Shown here: positions 58,331 through 64,000 of the stretch, one piece after another
Layout: every line of letters begins with the position of its first letter
Position numbering within the stretch: position 1 is the first letter of the stretch
Assembly (NCBI GenBank): GCA_963781755.1
Contig: CAWAGZ010000013.1
Coordinates: forward strand, 65,749-129,748
Origin: an uncultured Acidobacteriota bacterium
Lineage (GTDB): Bacteria > Acidobacteriota > Thermoanaerobaculia > Multivoradales > JAGPDF01
DNA: 64,000 bases
Reading direction: 5' to 3'
Position numbers and translations under genes: made by a program
Notes under the pieces: model-generated
Databases searched by the model: none
What the model was told of the DNA's origin: nothing
Seen by the model: the letters and a program-made list of their open reading frames with translations, nothing else

Positions 58331-59683
58331 ATGAGCCAGAAATCGCGGAAATCTGTTGAGCAGACGTTGAGCAGGCCGGAGGGCGTTGAGCAGCCCCGAC
58401 ACCGTGAAAGATCTGTCACTGGACGGGGCGCCCGGGCCGTTGAGCAGCCGTTGAGCAGCCGGTGCGACCTCGGCTCGGACAAGGCGATCCGCGCCCGGAT
58501 CCCCGCTCGCGGCCGGGTGTACCTGTGGGACGTGAAGCAGCCCGGCCTCGGCCTGCGGCTCTCCCACGACGGGAAGGGCCGCTTCTTCGCCGTCTACCGC
58601 ATCGGCGGCAAGCAGCGCCGGGCCGACGTCGGCGAGTGGCCCGCCACGCGAGCGACCACGCCGCGCCCGAGGGCCGGCGAACGTCCTGTTCCCGGCGCTC
58701 GCGAAGTCGCCGCCGAGATCCGTCGCCGCGCCCGGATCGAAGGGCACGACCCGCTCGCCGAACGCGCCCGCGCCACCGGGGAGGCGACCGTCGCGCAGCT
58801 ACTCGACCTGTGGCTCGCCGACCACGTAGCGAAGAAACGGCCCGCCACCATCGCGCAGTACAGCCGGATTGCGAACGACCTTCGCAAGCGCTGGGGACGC
58901 CGGCCGGTGGACGAGATCGAGCGCGAGGACGTAGCACGACTCCGGACCGCCCTCGGCGCCACGCCCTACTCAGCGAACCGGGCACTCGCCGTCGTCTCGA
59001 TCCTCTTCGCCTGGGCGATCGAGGCCGGCCTGCGATCGTCCGGACGCGGCAACCCGGCACAAGGGATCAAGCGCTACCAGGAGAAGCAGCGCGAGGCCTA
59101 CCTGTCCGACGCCCAGGTGCGTGACCTCGACGACGCGATCGGCGAGCACGTCGAGGACCCGATCATGGCCGCCGCCCTCCGCTTCGTGCTGTTCTCCGGC
59201 TGGCGCCGCGACGAAGTGCTCAGGCTCAAGTGGGAGAACGTGGACCTCGAGCGCGGCATCGCCACGTTCGAGTCGAAGTCGGGCCCGACCTCGCGCCCGC
59301 TGACTGCGCAGGCCCGAGAGATCCTCGAAGCGCTACCGCGCATCGGCGCCGCCGGCTGGTGCTTCCCGTCGCCGCGCACCGGAGGACCGATTCGCGGGAT
59401 TCATCGGCTGTGGGACGACGTGCGAAAGTCCGTCGGCCTCCCCGATCTCCGACTCCACGACCTCCGCCACAACGTCGGGACCGCATTGACCTCGGAGGGC
59501 GTGCCGCTGCCTCTCGTCGCCCGCGCGCTCGGGCATCGCTCGCTCGCGTCCACGGCGCGCTACGCGCACGCGACCGACGAGGCATCGCAGGCAGCCGTCG
59601 AGAAGCTCTCGGCCCGCTTCGCCAAGGCGCGCGCCGCGAAGCCGGCGAAGGTGCTCCGGCACCGGCCGCGGGGGTCGAAGTGA
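58331..59683 (+). CDS. Tyrosine-type site-specific recombinase/integrase (phage integrase family); the true start is probably downstream, ~58470-58520.
   Basis: N-terminal arm-binding-like segment (GRVYLWDVKQPGLGLRLSHDGKGRFFAVYRIGGKQRR); catalytic R...HDLRHNVGTAL...LGHRSLASTARYAH (R-H-R-Y). Confidence 0.85.
   Translation: MSQKSRKSVEQTLSRPEGVEQPRHRERSVTGRGARAVEQPLSSRCDLGSDKAIRARIPARGRVYLWDVKQPGLGLRLSHDGKGRFFAVYRIGGKQRRADVGEWPATRATTPRPRAGERPVPGAREVAAEIRRRARIEGHDPLAERARATGEATVAQLLDLWLADHVAKKRPATIAQYSRIANDLRKRWGRRPVDEIEREDVARLRTALGATPYSANRALAVVSILFAWAIEAGLRSSGRGNPAQGIKRYQEKQREAYLSDAQVRDLDDAIGEHVEDPIMAAALRFVLFSGWRRDEVLRLKWENVDLERGIATFESKSGPTSRPLTAQAREILEALPRIGAAGWCFPSPRTGGPIRGIHRLWDDVRKSVGLPDLRLHDLRHNVGTALTSEGVPLPLVARALGHRSLASTARYAHATDEASQAAVEKLSARFAKARAAKPAKVLRHRPRGSK
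58355..58458 (+). repeat. Five direct copies of GTTGAGCAG (at 58355, 58366, 58385, 58439, 58450), likely arm-type/iteron sites upstream of the real integrase start.
   Basis: Seen directly; an inverted near-copy TTGCTCAAC at ~58242. They fall in the VEQ-repeat N-terminus of the track ORF, which is unlikely to be coding. Confidence 0.5.
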
Positions 59684-60169
59684 CGAAGCGCAAGACGGCG
59701 AAGCGACCGCGCCAGCGCCAGCCCCGGCGGCGCGAACCGGCGCAGCATCCCGGACCGGTCAACCCGCCGCCCCGGGCGCATGTCGCCCTCGTATTCAAGC
59801 GCAACGGCCTCTCCGGGCGCCTGGAGGACGAGGGCCTCTTCCTCTACCTCGATCAGCGAGCGATCGAGAGCGAGCAGCGCGCCAGACGGCAGGACGACAC
59901 GCAGCAAAGGAGGGAAGGCCCCGAAAAAGGCGAAGGGCATCACGGCGCTCGCCGAGGCCCTCGTCGCGAGGCACCCAGAATTGAACGCGCGCCAGCTCTG
60001 GGAGATCCTCCCCAACGCCGCGAGGAGCCAGATCCTCGACGGCTTCGAGCTGTACCGCGATGGCGAGATCCTCGTACAGCTCGAGGAGAGGACCGGCCGC
60101 GAGCGGGAGATCAAGTTCGAGACGTTCAGGCGCTACGTTACCCGCGCCCGCAAGGGTCCTGCGCAGTAA
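59681..60169 (+). pseudogene. Element ORF with an apparent frameshift at an A5/G3 run (~59905-59935). The 5' part (GTG 59681 frame) and 3' part (track ORF 59780..60169 frame) each look natural only on one side.
   Basis: Frame P is natural to ...LYLDQRAIESEQRARRQDDTQQ and frame Q is natural from ...KGITALAEALVARHPELNARQLWEIL... to the stop. Confidence 0.35.
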
Positions 60170-60225
60170 GTCAGTTTCGCGCGTAGGTGCTCCTCGATCA
60201 TGGTCTGCGGAGGACTTGCAGGCCA

Positions 60226-60449
60226 TGCAGAAAGCGATCGACGAGAACTGCTTCTACACCGCCGCCCAGGTTGAGGAAATGGGCCTGTGGCGCGAGCCGA
60301 CGCTCCGCGCCTATCGGCACGAGACCCGCCGGACCGGCCGCCTGATCGGCCCCCTGTGGGTCGAGATCGGGCGCCGGCGCGTCTATCGCGGCGCTGATCT
60401 GCTCGCCGCGCTCAGCGGCCCCGGCGCACGCGCCGCGGGCGGGCGATGA
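60226..60449 (+). CDS. Excisionase/AlpA-like helix-turn-helix DNA-binding protein.
   Basis: YTAAQVEEMGLWREPTLRAYRHE...GPLWVEIGRRRVYRGADLLAAL, as in MerR-type Xis/AlpA proteins. Confidence 0.5.
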
Positions 60450-60452
60450 TCC

Positions 60453-61442
60453 ATGCCGGCCCACAGAAAGAGAACCGCCGCCCGGGGCAGGGGCGGCGTC
60501 GGTAGAGCTGCGCCAAGATCAAGAGCGCAAGAGCAGTATAGCGCTCCACGACGCACACGAGGTCGCTCGGCCGCCAGCCGGGAGCTGATCGACGCCGCTG
60601 CCCGGATCCTCGAAGAGATCCGGCCGGCCAGCGTGAGAGCCGTCTGCTATCGCCTCTTCGCCGAGGGGGTGATCCCTCGATGCACAAGAACGAGACGGCC
60701 CGCGTCTCGAGGTTGCTGGTCGTCGCCCGCGAGACCGGCATCATCCCCTGGGCGTCGATCGTGGACGAAACCCGCGAGCCGGAGTATCCGGGCACGTGGG
60801 CCGACCCCGAGCGATTCGCCGCCGCAGCTCTTCGATCGTTCCGCCGGGATCGGTGGGAGTCGCAGCCGGTGCGCGTCGAAATCTGGAGCGAGAAAGGGAC
60901 CATCCGAGGCACGCTCGCCCCGGTGCTCCACGAGCTCGGGTTGACGTTCCGAGTGATGCACGGCTTCGGCTCCACCACGGCGGTGCAGGCCGTCGCCGCG
61001 GAGCCTCGAGATCGGCCATTGGTGGCGCTGTACGTGGGCGATTACGACCCCAGCGGCCTCTACATGAGTGAGGTTGATCTACCTGGCCGACTCGAGCGGT
61101 ATCATCGACGACGAGGAGAGCAGCATCGTGGTCCGCCGCATCGCCCTGCTCCGATCCGACCTCGACGGCCTCCCCAGCTTCGACGTGGAGACCAAGCGGG
61201 GCGACGCGCGGTTCGACTGGTACAAGCGGACCACCGGGAGCTCGCGGGCCTGGGAGCTGGACGCCATGCCGCCGCCCGTCCTGCGTGACCGGCTCGAGAC
61301 CGCGATCACCGCCTACATCGATAAGGACGCCTGGCACCGCACCGGCCTGGCCGAGCAGGCGGAGCAGGACTCCCTCAAGCTGGTCATGGGCCGTTGGACC
61401 GCTGGCCTGAAGCAGATTCGGACCAGTCCGAGGTTGCCATGA
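60453..61442 (+). pseudogene. Hypothetical element protein encoded in three consecutive frames (0 -> 2 -> 0); apparent frameshifts at ~60665 (G5 run) and ~61068.
   Basis: Natural sequence SRELIDAAARILEEIRPASVRAVCYRLFAEGVIP (frame 0), then MHKNETARVSRLLVVARETGIIPWASIVDE...VALYVGDYDPSGLYMS (frame 2), then VRLIYLADSSGIIDDEESSIVVRRIALL...GLKQIRTSPRLP (frame 0). Each run ends where the next begins, and the continuations are Arg-rich garbage. Confidence 0.4.
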
Positions 61443-63540
61443 CCGGTTACGGCTCGCGGCTCCTCGCGCGGCACGCTGCCATGCTGGCCGCATCCGGCAT
61501 CCCGCCGGAGCATGCCCGCGAGCGCGGCTATTGCTCGATTGACATCAAGCGGCGTCTCGCCGACTTCAAGGTGGCGCAGACCGGGCGTCGCGTTCCTGGC
61601 CTGCTGATCCCACTCCTGCGCGCCGACGGCTCGACTTGGGGCTATCAGTATCGTCCCGACGATCCCCGCATGACGAAGACGGGCCGGGCGGTGAAGTACG
61701 AGACGCCCCGTGGGCAGCGCAACGGCCTCGACGTGCCTCCCGGCGTCGGCGGCAAACTCGGCGACCCGTCGATCCCGCTGTGGATTACCGGGGAAGCAAG
61801 AAGGCCGACGCAGCGGCCGTGCGCGGCCTGGCCTGCGTCTCTATCCCCGGCGTCTGGTCCTGGCGCGGCACCAACGAAGACGGCGGCCGGACCGCTGTAG
61901 CGGACTGGCACGACGTCGCGCTCGACGGCCGACGCGTTGTCCTGGCCTTCGATTCCGACGTCCAGCGAAAGCGGCCCGTTGCGGCGGCACTCCGACAGCT
62001 GGCTGACTACCTCGCGAGCAAAGGCGCCTCCCCCGAGTATCTGCACCTCCCAGACGACGGAGGAAAGGTCGGGCTCGACGACTTCCTCGCCGCCGGACAC
62101 AGCGTCGAAGAACTGACTAGCCTGATTCAGCCGGCGCCACCCGAGATGAGCGAGAAAAGTGACGAGCGCGCGGTCGAGGCGGAACCGAGCAGCGCATACG
62201 AGCTCGCGCCGCGCGCGTTCTCCCTGGCGCAAGTCGAGCAGGTTGTGGCGCGCTGGTTGCGGGATCCGGATCCTGTTCCCACCCGCGCAGTAATCGCCGC
62301 CTTCGCCGCGAACCGTCACCTCGGCGGTGACCCGGTTTGGCTAATGCTCGTTGGCGGCTCAGGCATCGGCAAAACCGAACGCCTGATCCCGCTCGCCGGC
62401 CTGCCACACGTCGTCGTTGCGTCGTCGATCTCTGGCCCCGCCGGCCTGCTGAGCGGATCGAAGCAGAGCGAGCGCAACGCGGCCTCAACCGGCGGCCTGC
62501 TTCGCCGGATCGGCCCCGCCGGGGTTCGTGCTCAAGGACTTCACCTCTGTGCTCGACATGCATCGCGATGCCCGCGCGCAAGTCCTCGCGGCGCTGCGCG
62601 AGGTCTATGACGGCCGGTGGGACCGAGACGTGGAAAGCGACGGCGGCCGCGTCTTGACGTGGCAAGGGCACCTCGGCCTGCTCGCTGGATGCACCACCGC
62701 GATCGACTCGGCCCACGCGGTCATCGCCACCATGGGAACCCGCTTCCTGCTCGTGCGCCTCACCGGCTCCGACACCGACGACTTGACGGCCTCGGCCTTG
62801 GATCACGTCGGCCAAGAGACGCAGATGCGCCAGGAGATCGCCGACGCCTTTCGCGGCCTCCTCGATCACCTGCCGGGCCGGCCGCGCGACCTGGGCCCCA
62901 TCCGTGCGCCGCTGATCGCCTTGGCCGGATTCGTTGCGACCGCTCGCTCACCTGTCGATAGGGACTACCAGGGCGAGATTCGCTCGTTATCGACCGGGAG
63001 GCGCCCACGCGGCTCGTGAAGATGCTGGGCCAGCTCTGGCGCGCTGCCGGCCTGCTCGGCCTCGACCCGCGCGGAGCGTGCGGAGATGGTGCGGCGGGCC
63101 GGCATGGACTCGATCCCGAAGCTGCGGCGGGCGATCCTCGATCACCTGGCAGGCACCCTGAGACCGTCCACGACCAGCAGTGTCGCCGTCGCCGTCGAGC
63201 ACCCGTCGCGCACCACCCGCCGAGGCCTGGAAGATCTCGCGGCGCACGGCATGGTCACGCGCGATGCCGGCGGCCAAGGGGCGGCCGACGCCTGGAGTCT
63301 GTCCACCCGAGCGGCCGGTTGGCTGGCCCGGGCAACCTTGCCAGAAACGTCGGACACCATGCACGATGCGCCTTCGCCTTTCTACACTCCTAATAACTCT
63401 TCACACGTCATCGACGACATTACTGGCAAGGTCGGTGAGGCGGAGGCTAAAGCGGTGCCCGGCTGCCCCGCTTGTCAGCGACTGGCCGAAGAAGTCCCGG
63501 GGGCGGTCTGCTCGCGGCACTTCAGGGGTGCGCGATGAGG
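61436..63540 (+). pseudogene. Phage/plasmid primase-helicase-like replication protein (Toprim-like N-terminal region, P-loop NTPase, C-terminal winged-helix), disrupted by at least 4 frameshifts (~61800, ~62520, ~62985, ~63060).
   Basis: PLWITGE|GSKKADAAAVRGLACVSIPGVWSW across a GGGG run (Toprim-like ITEG.KKA motif); Walker A LMLVGGSGIGKTERL; then ...IGPAG|FVLKDFTSVLDMHRDARAQVL across another CCGGGG run; the C-terminal wHTH-like SIPKLRRAILDHLAGTL. Confidence 0.5.
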
Positions 63541-63655
63541 TCGGGCTCGTGGCCGGGCCCTGGGTTCGACGCACGGCCGGAGCAGCCGCGAGCGGCGTCC
63601 CGTGACGGAGAATCACGGTGTCGCAGCCTTGAAAGCCTGCTACCATCGGACTTAA

Positions 63656-64000
63656 TGGCCACTGACTCCGAAGTGCTCAACGCCTGCTCAACCGCGAACC
63701 CCAACCTCCGGGCCCCGTCCGGTGATCCTCCGGCCTCTCGGCTCGAGCCTGTGGCGACGCAGGAACCGGCCGAGGCGGCGTCGGCGGCGGTGGCAGAGAT
63801 CGCCCAGCGTCCGAACCAAGATCCGGCGACTGGCAGGTTCCTGCCCGGCAATGAGTCGGCGCTTCGTCACGGGTTGCGGCGTCGGCCGGAGTCGGCGCTG
63901 TGGGAATTGCTCGGTCCAGCTCGGGAGGAGCTGGCGGCCCGGGTGCGCGAGGACGTGCTGCCGGGCACAGATGCCGCGGCGACGCTGGAGGGGCTCGCGG
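63656..64000 (+). CDS. Partial ORF of unknown function (runs off the window end).
   Basis: MATDSEVLNACSTANPNLRAPS...ATGRFLPGNESALRHGLRRRPESALWELLGPAREELAARVRE; natural composition, no motif recognised. Confidence 0.3.

Larger units (their letters stand above)
58148..64000 (+). mobile_element. Integrated element, possibly decayed (integrase, Xis-like HTH, primase-helicase-like genes), starting at the tRNA-like att repeats and running off the window end.
   Basis: An abrupt switch from housekeeping/secreted enzymes to integrase + replication genes; tRNA-3'-like repeat boundary; multiple frameshifted ORFs. Confidence 0.6.

Overview
This is a high-GC (~70%) bacterial chromosomal window, probably from a Gram-negative with a myxobacterial or acidobacterial flavour: it has OM beta-barrel C-termini, lipoproteins, DUF4388, many FHA/HK/ECF signalling genes and frequent GTGA/ATGA start-stop overlaps. 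Most real genes are on the minus strand; many long Arg-rich ORFs in the track are spurious alternative-frame readings. Hand-derived coordinates may be off by 1-2 nt. Gene content in order: recN (partial); a YkgJ-like Cys-cluster protein; an FHA-GGDEF diguanylate cyclase coupled to a class-I glutamine amidotransferase; proline dehydrogenase; a BoxB-like diiron oxygenase; GNAT. Then a long co-directional NAD/lipoate super-operon (lipB-nrtR-pncB-pncA-like-nadA-nadB-nadC-lipA) and a divergent deoxyhypusine-synthase-like gene. Next come a hybrid HK, a small secreted protein with an ECF sigma / zinc-finger-TPR anti-sigma pair, and a 2-oxoacid dehydrogenase cluster (E3-with-lipoyl-domain, embedded PAS hybrid HK-RR, E1alpha, E1beta, lipoprotein, E2) in which the E2 and E3 lipoyl domains are encoded by a ~350-bp near-identical direct repeat. 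After that: MBL hydrolase, a SnoaL-like protein, class-I FBP aldolase, a MoxR-DUF58-transglutaminase triad, GT2, and two tandem paralogous secreted metzincin-like proteases with unrecognised twin C-terminal domains plus a secreted unknown. Then murB, recA, DUF4388, a large frameshifted OM beta-barrel protein, Smr, an HDAC-like protein with a long C-terminal extension, thiolase, a PHA-system small protein, and M48 and S10 peptidases. At the 3' end there is a tyrosine-integrase element bounded by tandem tRNA-3'-end-like repeats (T-arm + acceptor + CCA) with no intact tRNA body; its cargo genes are riddled with homopolymer frameshifts. No rRNA, CRISPR or intact tRNA was found.
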